Below, one piece after another: positions 9,607 through 17,592 of a stretch of DNA of 33,627 nt. The stretch covers positions 1-33,627 of the forward strand of contig JADHVH010000002.1 in the NCBI GenBank assembly GCA_016784085.1, read 5' to 3'. The translations under genes and the position numbers were made by a program. Numbering within the stretch: the stretch's first letter is position 1; every line of letters starts with the position of its first letter. The notes beneath the pieces are model-generated. The model made no database searches. It saw only the letters and a list, made by a program, of their open reading frames with translations, and was not told where the DNA came from. The DNA comes from Candidatus Pacearchaeota archaeon (lineage in GTDB: Archaea > Nanobdellota > Nanobdellia > Pacearchaeales > GW2011-AR1).

Positions 9607-10047
9607 ATGGCAGAATTAAAAATTGGTGACAAAGCACCTCAATTCAAGGAACTTAAAAAATATAAAGATAAAACGTTAGTCCTATATTTTTACCCTAGAG
9701 ATAATACTCCTGGATGCACTAAAGAGGCTTGCAGTTTTAGAGATGAATTTAAAATTTTAAAAAAGAAAGGAATAGAAGTTTTAGGTGTAAGCCCTGATTC
9801 TGAAGAAAGTCATGAAAAATTTAAAGATAAATTTAAACTTCCTTTTGAATTAGTTTCAGATCCAGATAAAATATTAGCTAAAAAATATGGCGTGTGGGTT
9901 GAAAAAATGAATTTTGGTAAAAAATATTTTGGAATCAAAAGAACAACTTTTATTATAGAGAAAAATAAAATAAAACAAATAATAAAAACAGTTGATACAA
10001 AAGATTCAGCAAATCAAGTTCTTAAAAAGCTAGGTTTATTTGCATAA
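9607..10047 (+). CDS. bcp: peroxiredoxin, Bcp (PrxQ) type
   Basis: YFYPRDNTPGCTKEAC has the peroxidatic Cys and the CxxxxC resolving Cys. The track start at 9595 is a TTG; the ATG at 9607 (MAELKIG) is preferred. Confidence 0.88.
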   Translation: MAELKIGDKAPQFKELKKYKDKTLVLYFYPRDNTPGCTKEACSFRDEFKILKKKGIEVLGVSPDSEESHEKFKDKFKLPFELVSDPDKILAKKYGVWVEKMNFGKKYFGIKRTTFIIEKNKIKQIIKTVDTKDSANQVLKKLGLFA

Positions 10048-10407
10048 ACTACAACCCTGGCAATTCTTGGGAAGAGTTTTATCCTTACATTTATGCATTC
10101 TACAAACAACTTTTTCATTTCTAAAATAAACACATAAATCATAAAGAACTTCCATCATATTTTTAGGATCATCAACAACTTTACTTGCTGCCTGTTTAAT
10201 CTTTTCTAATTCAGGTTTTGTAAATTTAAGCTCTCCACCACGCTTATCCTTTAAATATTGAGAAATAGCAGCTTCTGTAATTCCAAGTATTTCCGCAGCT
10301 TTTTTTTGATTCATTTTATGATCTTTTACAAAAGATTTTGCAAGTTCTCTTCTAAGAGCGGGAATCACATACCATACTTCTATTTCCTGGGGCATTATTT
10401 TTTTCAT
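10036..10407 (-). CDS. HTH transcriptional regulator with C-terminal Cys cluster (COG2522-like)
   Basis: EVWYVIPALRRELAK ... QKKAAEILGITEAAISQYLKDKRGG is an HTH. The C-terminus carries C-x11-C-x3-C-x10-C-x2-C-x-C (CVYF..CRMHKC..CQGCSLC). The gene is divergent from sufB. Confidence 0.6.
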   Translation of the reverse strand: MKKIMPQEIEVWYVIPALRRELAKSFVKDHKMNQKKAAEILGITEAAISQYLKDKRGGELKFTKPELEKIKQAASKVVDDPKNMMEVLYDLCVYFRNEKVVCRMHKCKDKTLPKNCQGCSLCK

Positions 10408-10457
10408 TTTATTAAATCTAATCTAAACTATATAAATATTAACCAGAAGCTTTTTAT

Positions 10458-10469
10458 ATAGTTAACTAT
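10458..10469. promoter_or_regulatory. palindrome ATAGTTAACTAT in the regulator/sufB divergent promoter; candidate operator
   Basis: Same 12-mer as at 8893-8904. The half-site TATAGTTAA is repeated in tandem (10457-10465 and 10467-10475). It overlaps the TTTTTATATA TATA-like box at 10451-10460. Confidence 0.45.
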
Positions 10470-10482
10470 AGTTAATATATGC

Positions 10483-11832
10483 ATGAAAAATGTAAAATTC
10501 AAGTCAAAACCAGGTATTAGTGAGCAACTTGTAAGACAGATTTCTAAAGATAAAAAAGAACCTAAATTTATGTTAGATTTAAGATTAAGAGGATTAAAGC
10601 TATTCAATGAAATAAAAATGCCTAACTTCGGTCCAGATATTAGTGATTTAGATTTGGAAAAAATATCCTATTATGTTAGGCCAGATGCTAAAAAAGCAAA
10701 AAAATGGAAAGATGTTCCTAAAGAAATTAAAGATACTTTTGATAAGCTAGGAATTCCAGAATCTGAAAAAAAAGCATTGGCAGGTGTAGGTGCTCAATAT
10801 GAATCTGAAATAATTTATCATAATTTAAAATCAGATCTAGCTGAAAAAGGAGTTATTTTCTTAGATATGGATGAGGCTATTAACTTATATCCTGAGTTAA
10901 TTCAAAAATATTTTATGACTTCTTGTGTACCAATTGGTTTACATAAATTTTCTGCAATGCATGCAGCTGTTTGGTCTGGAGGAACTTTTATTTATGTTCC
11001 TAAAGGAGTTCAAGTAGAGTTACCTTTACAAGCTTATTTTAGAATGAATGAGAAAAATTCAGGTCAGTTTGAACATACTTTAATAATTGCAGATGAAGGT
11101 TCAGAAGTTCATTATATTGAAGGTTGTTCTGCACCTCTTTATTCAGAAGATTCTCTACATGCAGGATGTGTAGAAATTCATGTTTTAAAAAATGCAAGAG
11201 TAAGATATTCTTCTATAGAAAATTGGAGTAAAAATGTCTATAATTTAAATACCAAAAGAGCAGTAGTTCAAGAAAATGGAATTATTGAATGGGTAAATGG
11301 AAACCTAGGGGGTAAAAAAACAATGCTCTATCCATGTAGTTTACTTGTTGGAAAAAATTCAAAATCAGATTATATTGGAATTGCCTATGCAGGTAAGGCC
11401 CAATATCAGGACACAGGATGCAAAGTATATCATTTAGCTAAAAATACTACTTCAAATATTCTTAGTAAAGGAATTAGTTCTGAAAATGGAGTTAGTTCTT
11501 ACAGGGGTTTAGTTAAAATAAAAAAAGGATGTGAAAATTCAAAATCATTTGTAAAATGTGATGGCCTAATGTTGGATAATAAAAGTAAGGCTTTAACCTT
11601 TCCTGCAATGGAAGTTGAAGAAAATAATGTTGATGTAGCTCATGAAGCTGCAGTTGGAAAAATCGGAGAAGATCAACTATTTTATTTAATGTCAAGAGGA
11701 TTATCAGAAGAAGAGGCAACCAAAATAATAGTTTCAGGTTTTATAGAACCATTAATAAAAGAATTACCCTTAGAATATGCTGTAGAATTAAATAGACTAA
11801 TAGACCTTGAAATTGAAAAGTCGGTTATTTAA
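10483..11832 (+). CDS. sufB: Fe-S cluster assembly scaffold SufB
   Basis: Contains FEHTLIIADEGSEVHYIEGCSAP and the C-terminal beta-helix region DVAHEAAVGKIGEDQLFYLMSRGLSEEEA. Confidence 0.93.
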   Translation: MKNVKFKSKPGISEQLVRQISKDKKEPKFMLDLRLRGLKLFNEIKMPNFGPDISDLDLEKISYYVRPDAKKAKKWKDVPKEIKDTFDKLGIPESEKKALAGVGAQYESEIIYHNLKSDLAEKGVIFLDMDEAINLYPELIQKYFMTSCVPIGLHKFSAMHAAVWSGGTFIYVPKGVQVELPLQAYFRMNEKNSGQFEHTLIIADEGSEVHYIEGCSAPLYSEDSLHAGCVEIHVLKNARVRYSSIENWSKNVYNLNTKRAVVQENGIIEWVNGNLGGKKTMLYPCSLLVGKNSKSDYIGIAYAGKAQYQDTGCKVYHLAKNTTSNILSKGISSENGVSSYRGLVKIKKGCENSKSFVKCDGLMLDNKSKALTFPAMEVEENNVDVAHEAAVGKIGEDQLFYLMSRGLSEEEATKIIVSGFIEPLIKELPLEYAVELNRLIDLEIEKSVI

Positions 11833-11833
11833 T

Positions 11834-13051
11834 ATGGAAATTGATAATAAAAAAGCTCACGAATTAAAAAAAGATTTTCCTATTTTTAAAAATAATAAAG
11901 GATTAATATATTTAGACAATGCTGCAACTTCTCAAAGGCCCCAAGTTGTTATAGATTCAATAAAAGATTTTTCAGAAAAAAATAATGCTAATATCCAAAG
12001 AGGACTTTACACTTTAAGTGAAAAAGCAATGAAAAAATATAATGAAGCTAGAAAAATAATAACTAAATTTATCAATGCTAATGAAAAAGAAATTATTTTC
12101 ACTAAAAATACTACTGAAGCCTTGAATTTATTGTCCTATACTATTTCAGAGATCATTTCTAAGGAAAAAGATGAAATTCTATTAACAGAAATGGAGCATC
12201 ATTCTAATTTAGTTCCTTGGCAACAGTTAGCTAAAAGAAATAACATGAAATTAAAATTTATTAAAATTAAAGATGATTTCACATTAGATTTAGAAGATGC
12301 TAAAAATAAAATTACAGATAAAACAGCTTTAGTTTCAATTGTTCATGCTTCCAATGTTCTTGGAACAATTAATCCTATTAAAGAAATAATAAGTTTGGCA
12401 AAAGAAAAAAAAGCTTTAACAATAATTGATGCTGCTCAAAGTGCCTCCCATATTAAAATAGATGTGAAAGATTTAGATTGTGATTTTCTAGCATTTTCAG
12501 GACATAAACTTTTAGGGCCAATAGGAATAGGGGTTTTATATGGAAAACAAGAATTATTAGAAAAACTTCCACCCTTCTTATTTGGTGGAGGCATGATAAA
12601 AAAAGTTACTTATGAAGATTCAGAGTTTGCAGATTTACCAGAAAAATTTGAAGCAGGAACTCAAAATATTTCAGAAACAATTGCTCTTGCAGAAGCAATA
12701 AAATATGTTCAAGAAATAGGTTTAGAAAATATTTCAAAATGGGAATCTGAATTATTTGAATATGCTTTAAAAAAACTAGAAGAACTAGGAGATATTGAAA
12801 TCTACAGTCCTAAAAAAAATAATATTTCTATTCTATCTTTTAATCCAAAAGGAATTCATGGGCATGATGTTGCATCTTTATTAAATGAAGATAATATTGC
12901 AATAAGAGCAGGACATAATTGTGCTATGCCCTTATTAGAAAAATTAAATATTCCCAGTGTTTCTAGAGTTAGTTTAGCCTTTTACAATACTTTTGAAGAT
13001 ATTGACTCATTAGCACAATCCTTAAGTAAAATAAAGACTAAGTTTAATTAA
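11834..13051 (+). CDS. sufS: cysteine desulfurase SufS (group II)
   Basis: Contains YLDNAATSQRP, the PLP lysine SGHKLLGP and the catalytic loop RAGHNCAMP. The ATG at 11834 (MEIDNKK) avoids the overlap with sufB implied by the track start at 11807. Confidence 0.9.
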   Translation: MEIDNKKAHELKKDFPIFKNNKGLIYLDNAATSQRPQVVIDSIKDFSEKNNANIQRGLYTLSEKAMKKYNEARKIITKFINANEKEIIFTKNTTEALNLLSYTISEIISKEKDEILLTEMEHHSNLVPWQQLAKRNNMKLKFIKIKDDFTLDLEDAKNKITDKTALVSIVHASNVLGTINPIKEIISLAKEKKALTIIDAAQSASHIKIDVKDLDCDFLAFSGHKLLGPIGIGVLYGKQELLEKLPPFLFGGGMIKKVTYEDSEFADLPEKFEAGTQNISETIALAEAIKYVQEIGLENISKWESELFEYALKKLEELGDIEIYSPKKNNISILSFNPKGIHGHDVASLLNEDNIAIRAGHNCAMPLLEKLNIPSVSRVSLAFYNTFEDIDSLAQSLSKIKTKFN

Positions 13052-13052
13052 C

Positions 13053-13763
13053 ATGACTGAAGCATTATATCTAAAAGATAGTTATCTTAAAGAATGGAAT
13101 GCAATTGTTCAAGAAGTTGATAATGATACTTTTATAGTTCTAGATAAAACAGCTTTTTATCCAAATGGAGGTGGACAACCCTATGATGAGGGTTTAATAA
13201 CAAAAGAAGATGGAACTATTTTCAAAGTAAGATATTGCGGAAAATTTAATGGATATATTAGTCATGAAGTTAACGAACCTGGATTAAAACCAGGAGATGA
13301 AGTTTTTTGTAGATTAGATTGGAATAGGAGATATAGGCTTATGAAAATGCACACTGCTATCCATATTTTAAGTGAAGTTATTCATAGGGATACAAATGCT
13401 ATGATTACTGGTGGCCAATTAGGAGAAGAAAAATCTAGAATGGATTTTGCTTTAGAAGAATATGATCGAGATAAAATAATGTCTTATATAGATTTTGCAA
13501 ATAAAAAAATACAAGCAAATTTACCAATAACTATTGAATTTTTACCCAGAGAAGAAGCGGAAAAAATACCTATTATGACTAAGTTAGCAAAAGGCCTTTC
13601 AAAAGAAATAAAAGAAATTAGAATTGTAAATATTGGAGATTTTGATATTCAAGCAGATGGTGGAACTCATGTTAAAAATACAAATGAAATTGGAACAATA
13701 AAACTTCTAAAAATAGATAATAGGGGAAGAAATAATAGGAGGATTTATTTTACATTAGAATGA
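13053..13763 (+). CDS. alaX: AlaX-M-like alanyl-tRNA editing protein
   Basis: Contains LDKTAFYPNGGGQPYDEG, the HxxxH zinc motif HTAIHILSEV and DGGTHVKNTNEIG. The 236-aa length matches AlaX-M. Confidence 0.85.
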   Translation: MTEALYLKDSYLKEWNAIVQEVDNDTFIVLDKTAFYPNGGGQPYDEGLITKEDGTIFKVRYCGKFNGYISHEVNEPGLKPGDEVFCRLDWNRRYRLMKMHTAIHILSEVIHRDTNAMITGGQLGEEKSRMDFALEEYDRDKIMSYIDFANKKIQANLPITIEFLPREEAEKIPIMTKLAKGLSKEIKEIRIVNIGDFDIQADGGTHVKNTNEIGTIKLLKIDNRGRNNRRIYFTLE

Positions 13764-14131
13764 CAAGTGAAGCAGGAGATATTTACAGGGAATATATTTT
13801 AGATTTATACAAAAATCCTCATAATTTTGGAATTCTTGAAAATGCAACCCATAAACATGAAGAATTTAATCAAATGTGTGGAGATAAAATCAAAGTTTTC
13901 TTAGATATAAAAGAAGGTAAAGTTAAAGATATTAAATTTGATGGAGAAGGATGTGCAATAAGTATGGCCTCAGCATCTTTAATAACAGATAAAGTAAAAA
14001 ATATGCCTGCAGAACAAATAAAAGATCTTGGAAGCCAATTTGTATTAGATTTAATGAGGATTCCTATTGGGACTTCAAGAATGAAATGCGCTTTACTACC
14101 TCTTGAAGCTATTAAAAGAGCTTTAAATTAA
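13760..14131 (+). CDS. sufU: SufU/IscU-type Fe-S scaffold or sulfur acceptor
   Basis: YKNPHNFG plus three conserved Cys (MCGDKI, GEGCAIS, RMKCALLP). ATGA overlap with alaX. Confidence 0.85.
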   Translation: MTSEAGDIYREYILDLYKNPHNFGILENATHKHEEFNQMCGDKIKVFLDIKEGKVKDIKFDGEGCAISMASASLITDKVKNMPAEQIKDLGSQFVLDLMRIPIGTSRMKCALLPLEAIKRALN

Positions 14132-14133
14132 AA

Positions 14134-14862
14134 ATGAAATTTCTAGAAATAAAAAATTTACATGTAGAAGTTGAAGGTAAAAAAATCCTAAATGGAATTA
14201 ACCTTGAATTAGAAAAAGGAAAAGTAGTTGCTCTAATGGGCCCTAATGGTTCTGGAAAATCAACTCTGGCAAATGTTCTAATGGGTCATCCAAAATATAA
14301 AATCACAAAAGGAAAAATATTCTTTTTAGGAAAAGATCTTTCAAAGCTAAGTCCAGATAAAAGAGCTAATTTAGGGTTATTTTTATCTTTTCAAAATCCT
14401 CAGGAAATAGATGGGGTCAAAGTTTTTAATTTTCTTAAACAATCATATAATTCCACCAATAAAAAACAATTAATGACTTTCCAATTTCAAGATCTATTAG
14501 ATGAAAAAGCAGAACTTCTTAAGATAGATCAGAATTTTCTAGAAAGATATGTGAACAAAGGATTTTCAGGAGGAGAAAAAAAGAAGCTAGAAATATTACA
14601 GCTTCTAACACTAAATCCAAAAATGGCCATATTAGATGAAACAGATTCTGGCCTAGACATTGATGCTTTAAAAACAGTTTCAAAAGGAATTAAGAAGTTC
14701 TTAAACAAAGACAAATCAGTATTGATTATAACTCACCATCAAAAGATTTTAAACTATATTAATCCAGATCAAGTAGCAGTAATAAAGAAGGGCCAAATAG
14801 TAAAATTAGGCAAAAAAAGCTTAATAAAAAAAATTGAAAAAAAAGGTTATAGTTCTTTGTGA
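14134..14862 (+). CDS. sufC: Fe-S assembly ATPase SufC
   Basis: Walker A GPNGSGKST, HPKYKITKG, signature FSGGEKKK, Walker B ILDETDSGLD and H-loop ITHH. Confidence 0.93.
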   Translation: MKFLEIKNLHVEVEGKKILNGINLELEKGKVVALMGPNGSGKSTLANVLMGHPKYKITKGKIFFLGKDLSKLSPDKRANLGLFLSFQNPQEIDGVKVFNFLKQSYNSTNKKQLMTFQFQDLLDEKAELLKIDQNFLERYVNKGFSGGEKKKLEILQLLTLNPKMAILDETDSGLDIDALKTVSKGIKKFLNKDKSVLIITHHQKILNYINPDQVAVIKKGQIVKLGKKSLIKKIEKKGYSSL

Positions 14863-14866
14863 AGTT

Positions 14867-15100
14867 TTATCTTCCCCCACAACCGCCACCACAACTTGAT
14901 CCTGTTGTTGCTCCACAATTAGATGATCCACAGTTATTTCCTGCAGTACATCCTCCTTGGGCTGCGTTAGGACAGCTTCCTGATTCACAAGACCCAGTAT
15001 AAGTATTATCCGTAGCATCTACACTTGTTATTGCTGCTGTTGCTAAACCTACTAGAACTAACAAGCCTACCATTATTGCTACTGTTACTAAAGTTTTCAT
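14867..15100 (-). CDS. exported Cys/Gly-rich peptide (77 aa, 8 Cys in the last 40 residues)
   Basis: Signal/TM segment MKTLVTVAIMVGLLVLVGLATAA, then GSCESGSCPNAAQGGCTAGNNCGSSNCGATTGSSCGGGCGGR. A GGAGGT Shine-Dalgarno-like box lies at 15110-15115 (plus-strand ACCTCC), 9 nt upstream of the ATG. Confidence 0.55.
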   Translation of the reverse strand: MKTLVTVAIMVGLLVLVGLATAAITSVDATDNTYTGSCESGSCPNAAQGGCTAGNNCGSSNCGATTGSSCGGGCGGR

Positions 15101-15118
15101 ATTTGTTTTTACCTCCTT

Positions 15119-15811
15119 TTAATTTACTATAAATAAACCATTCATACTACTATGGCCATGACCACATGGAACATTACAATAAAAGCTAAACGTACCTTGT
15201 TTATTAGCTATAAATTCTATAGTTATTTGATCTCCTTGATTAATAAATTCATTTATTTCAAAATCATATAAGGCTATTCCATGGGCTCCTTCAACACTTT
15301 CAATATTTAGTATAACTTGATCTCCCAAATTAACTTCTATTTTATTTGGAGAAAAATCCCAATTATTTGCAACTATATCAAATTCTTTTATTTCCCCTGT
15401 TTCTTCTACATTTTGAACAAGATTTCTTCCACTTGATTGCCAGGTATTCATTCCCCCATCTAGATCATAAATATTAGTATAACCTAATTCTAATAATTGG
15501 TGTGCAGATATGGTAGACATTCTTCCACTTCTACAATAAATAGCAATAGGTGTTGATTTATCTTCTGGAAGTTGATCTAAATAAGAATCCATATTTTCCC
15601 AATTATACGCGTTTAAATCTGTTCCCTCAATCTCTCCAATATAAGGAGTATGGGCATTAATAACATATACTTCTTCAGAAGAAATTAATTGTTCAAATTG
15701 ATCTGAACTTACAGAATTAATTTTATTTGGGTTTAAAAATACAAAAAAGAAAATAAGGATTACTACAAGTAATCCCCCTATTAAAAAAAATAAGTTATTT
15801 TGTTTTTTCAT
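15119..15811 (-). CDS. membrane-anchored rhodanese domain fused to a CuA-type cupredoxin domain
   Basis: Rhodanese active-site loop YCRSGRMS. The C-terminal H-x34-C-x3-C-x3-H-x2-M (HGIAL...FYCNVPCGHGHSSM) has exactly the CuA ligand spacing of cytochrome oxidase subunit II and N2O reductase. The ATG at 15811 (MKKQNNLFFLIGG) follows the upstream stop by 1 nt. Confidence 0.8.
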   Translation of the reverse strand: MKKQNNLFFLIGGLLVVILIFFFVFLNPNKINSVSSDQFEQLISSEEVYVINAHTPYIGEIEGTDLNAYNWENMDSYLDQLPEDKSTPIAIYCRSGRMSTISAHQLLELGYTNIYDLDGGMNTWQSSGRNLVQNVEETGEIKEFDIVANNWDFSPNKIEVNLGDQVILNIESVEGAHGIALYDFEINEFINQGDQITIEFIANKQGTFSFYCNVPCGHGHSSMNGLFIVN

Positions 15812-15812
15812 C

Positions 15813-16235
15813 TTATAAACTAGGATATTTTTCCTCAATGATTCTTTCGATGGCCTCTAATTCACCTGTTTTTTCAGCTATAGCTTCTGCAAAATATTCT
15901 TTAAGATAAGGATTTCCATGACCTTCTAAAATTTCTCCAATACATTCTCCACAAGGATGAACTCCATTAACTAAATCTTCTAGACAACTACATTCAGCAC
16001 CTTCTCCATGTCCAGGTGATTTTTCAATACAATATGTGCATGGTTTTTCAAGACAACATCTATACATACCATTAGATAACATAGTTCCCTGGATAGATGT
16101 TTTTAATCCAATAAATTCTTCTCTTTGTTCAGTTACAGATGCACTACCTGGAGCTGTGAATATTGCTATTAAAATAGCTACTAAGAAAACAGCTGTGATT
16201 AGATAACCTCCTTTTTGTTTCATATTTTTCATCAT
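15813..16235 (-). CDS. exported Cys/His-rich protein (9 Cys), function unknown
   Basis: N-terminal TM/signal segment, then RCCLEKPCTYCIEKSPGHGEGAECSCLEDLVNGVHPCGECIGEILEGHG. ATGA overlap with the upstream gene. Confidence 0.55.
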   Translation of the reverse strand: MMKNMKQKGGYLITAVFLVAILIAIFTAPGSASVTEQREEFIGLKTSIQGTMLSNGMYRCCLEKPCTYCIEKSPGHGEGAECSCLEDLVNGVHPCGECIGEILEGHGNPYLKEYFAEAIAEKTGELEAIERIIEEKYPSL

Positions 16236-16687
16236 ATTTTCATAAATGTGGATGTTTTTCCATCTTTAATTGCATAAATTATCCATTGACCACTTTTAAT
16301 TCCAGGCATACCAGGACTACCTGCAGGCATATTTGGAAGAGAAATACCATCAATATCTGGTTGTTCTTCTAATAATTTATTTATAGCTTCAATTGGAATG
16401 TGTCCTTCAATAAAATAATCTCCCACAATAGCTGTATGACAACTTTCCATTGATCTTGGAATATTATATTCTTCTTTTATAGCCTGCATATCCTCAGTCA
16501 TTATTGTTTCTGTTAAAAATCCTTTATTTTGAATATAGGGGATCCATTTTGCACAACAACCACAATTAGCAGATTTATATACAGTCATAGGAATTTTATC
16601 ACTTACAACATTACCAGTAGAAACCACATAGGTTGTTGAAACAGCAATCAAAATTACAATTAAAATAAAAATATTTTTTCCATTCAT
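16232..16687 (-). CDS. copG: DUF411 / CopG-family copper-resistance metal-binding protein
   Basis: Contains YKSANCGCCAKW (the CxCC motif), ESCHTAIV, IEGHIP and NMPAGSPGMPG. Signal anchor at the N-terminus. Confidence 0.8.
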   Translation of the reverse strand: MNGKNIFILIVILIAVSTTYVVSTGNVVSDKIPMTVYKSANCGCCAKWIPYIQNKGFLTETIMTEDMQAIKEEYNIPRSMESCHTAIVGDYFIEGHIPIEAINKLLEEQPDIDGISLPNMPAGSPGMPGIKSGQWIIYAIKDGKTSTFMKI

Positions 16688-16861
16688 TTAACAACCACCA
16701 ACCATTCCACCATAACCACTTGCAGCTTGTTGTGCAGCAGCTTGACTAGCAGATAAAGTACTTTGAGCTGTTGCTGCAGATCCTTGAAAGAATACTACAT
16801 ATAAAACTAATATTCCTAAAATTCCAATAAGGCTCCACAATGCAATTTGTCTATTATCCAT
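16688..16861 (-). CDS. 57-aa single-pass membrane peptide ending in GGMVGGC
   Basis: The ATG at 16861 has a GGAGG box at 16872-16876. Sequence: MDNRQIALWSLIGILGILVLYVVFFQGSAATAQSTLSASQAAAQQAASGYGGMVGGC. The longer track start (16942) would overlap the upstream gene. Confidence 0.5.
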   Translation of the reverse strand: MDNRQIALWSLIGILGILVLYVVFFQGSAATAQSTLSASQAAAQQAASGYGGMVGGC

Positions 16862-16883
16862 ATTTATTTTTCCTCCGTTATTA

Positions 16884-17555
16884 TTAGCAGCCCCCAACCA
16901 TTCCTCCGCTTGTTTGACCTTTTTCAATATCTCTATAGTCATTAGATGTTAGGCTAATATAATCTGTAGATATTCCTTTACTAGCCATAATATCTGCCTT
17001 ACCCTGCATTATTCCTGGGAAAAATAATACTTTCCATTTTCCAACTTCTTCTAAGATTTCTTCATCAGTATATTCCTCTCCATGGTTTAAGATTAAATAT
17101 TTTGCAAGCCCCCTCATTGCATATGAATGAGCACAACCACATGCTGCTTGGCCATTTTCAAATATAATAGATCTAGCTCCACAACAATATTCACAAGAAA
17201 TTCCTCCGTGTGAAACATATAAGATATTAATATATCTCTCTAAGTCAGCACCTTCTAATGTTTCTGTCCTATCTATACTAGAAAGAAAGGAAATTGTTTG
17301 ATCTGCTAATTGAGGATCATTAGCACTCACAAAATCATAAGCAACACCTAATTCATCACCATATATTTCTGGAACGCCTGTTGGAATAATACTTGAAGCA
17401 GAAACTCCACTCTGTGAACTAGAATCTAATATAACATTAGAATTTGTTCCAAAATTAACATTAAATAATAATACTAAGATTAATACAGACAAAATAGCTA
17501 TTTGGCTATAAAATGTCAAATCGCTTTTTTTCACCTTGATTTTTTTTGTTTTCAT
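16884..17555 (-). CDS. exported Cys-rich protein (223 aa) ending in GGMVGGC
   Basis: N-terminal anchor, then the SCEYCCGARSIIFENGQAACGCAHSYAMRGL cluster and the C-terminal tail TSGGMVGGC. It is the first gene after the operator/TATA at 17573-17606. Confidence 0.6.
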   Translation of the reverse strand: MKTKKIKVKKSDLTFYSQIAILSVLILVLLFNVNFGTNSNVILDSSSQSGVSASSIIPTGVPEIYGDELGVAYDFVSANDPQLADQTISFLSSIDRTETLEGADLERYINILYVSHGGISCEYCCGARSIIFENGQAACGCAHSYAMRGLAKYLILNHGEEYTDEEILEEVGKWKVLFFPGIMQGKADIMASKGISTDYISLTSNDYRDIEKGQTSGGMVGGC

Positions 17556-17592
17556 GAATTTTTTAAGAAATAGTTTATTATAACTACTTTGG

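Noticed and set aside
10258-10461. 67-aa plus-strand ORF overlapping the HTH regulator gene
   Set aside because: It is antisense to a gene with a clear HTH motif, and its Phe/Ser/Asn-rich translation has no features.
11513-11719. 68-aa minus-strand ORF inside sufB
   Set aside because: It is a shadow ORF within a highly conserved gene.
14529-15018. ORFs 14529-14714 (antisense in sufC) and 14821-15018 (alternative frame over the Cys/Gly peptide gene)
   Set aside because: The first is antisense to sufC. The second lacks a signal peptide or ribosome-binding box, whereas the overlapping 14867-15100 frame has both.
16862-16942. Longer N-terminal extension of the 57-aa peptide ORF (track start 16942), with similar extensions at 15812-15838, 19833-19871, 20204-20233 and 11807-11833
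   Set aside because: The extensions overlap the preceding gene. Internal ATGs placed 1-25 nt after the upstream stop, some with GGAGG boxes or ATGA coupling, give sensible signal peptides or conserved N-termini.
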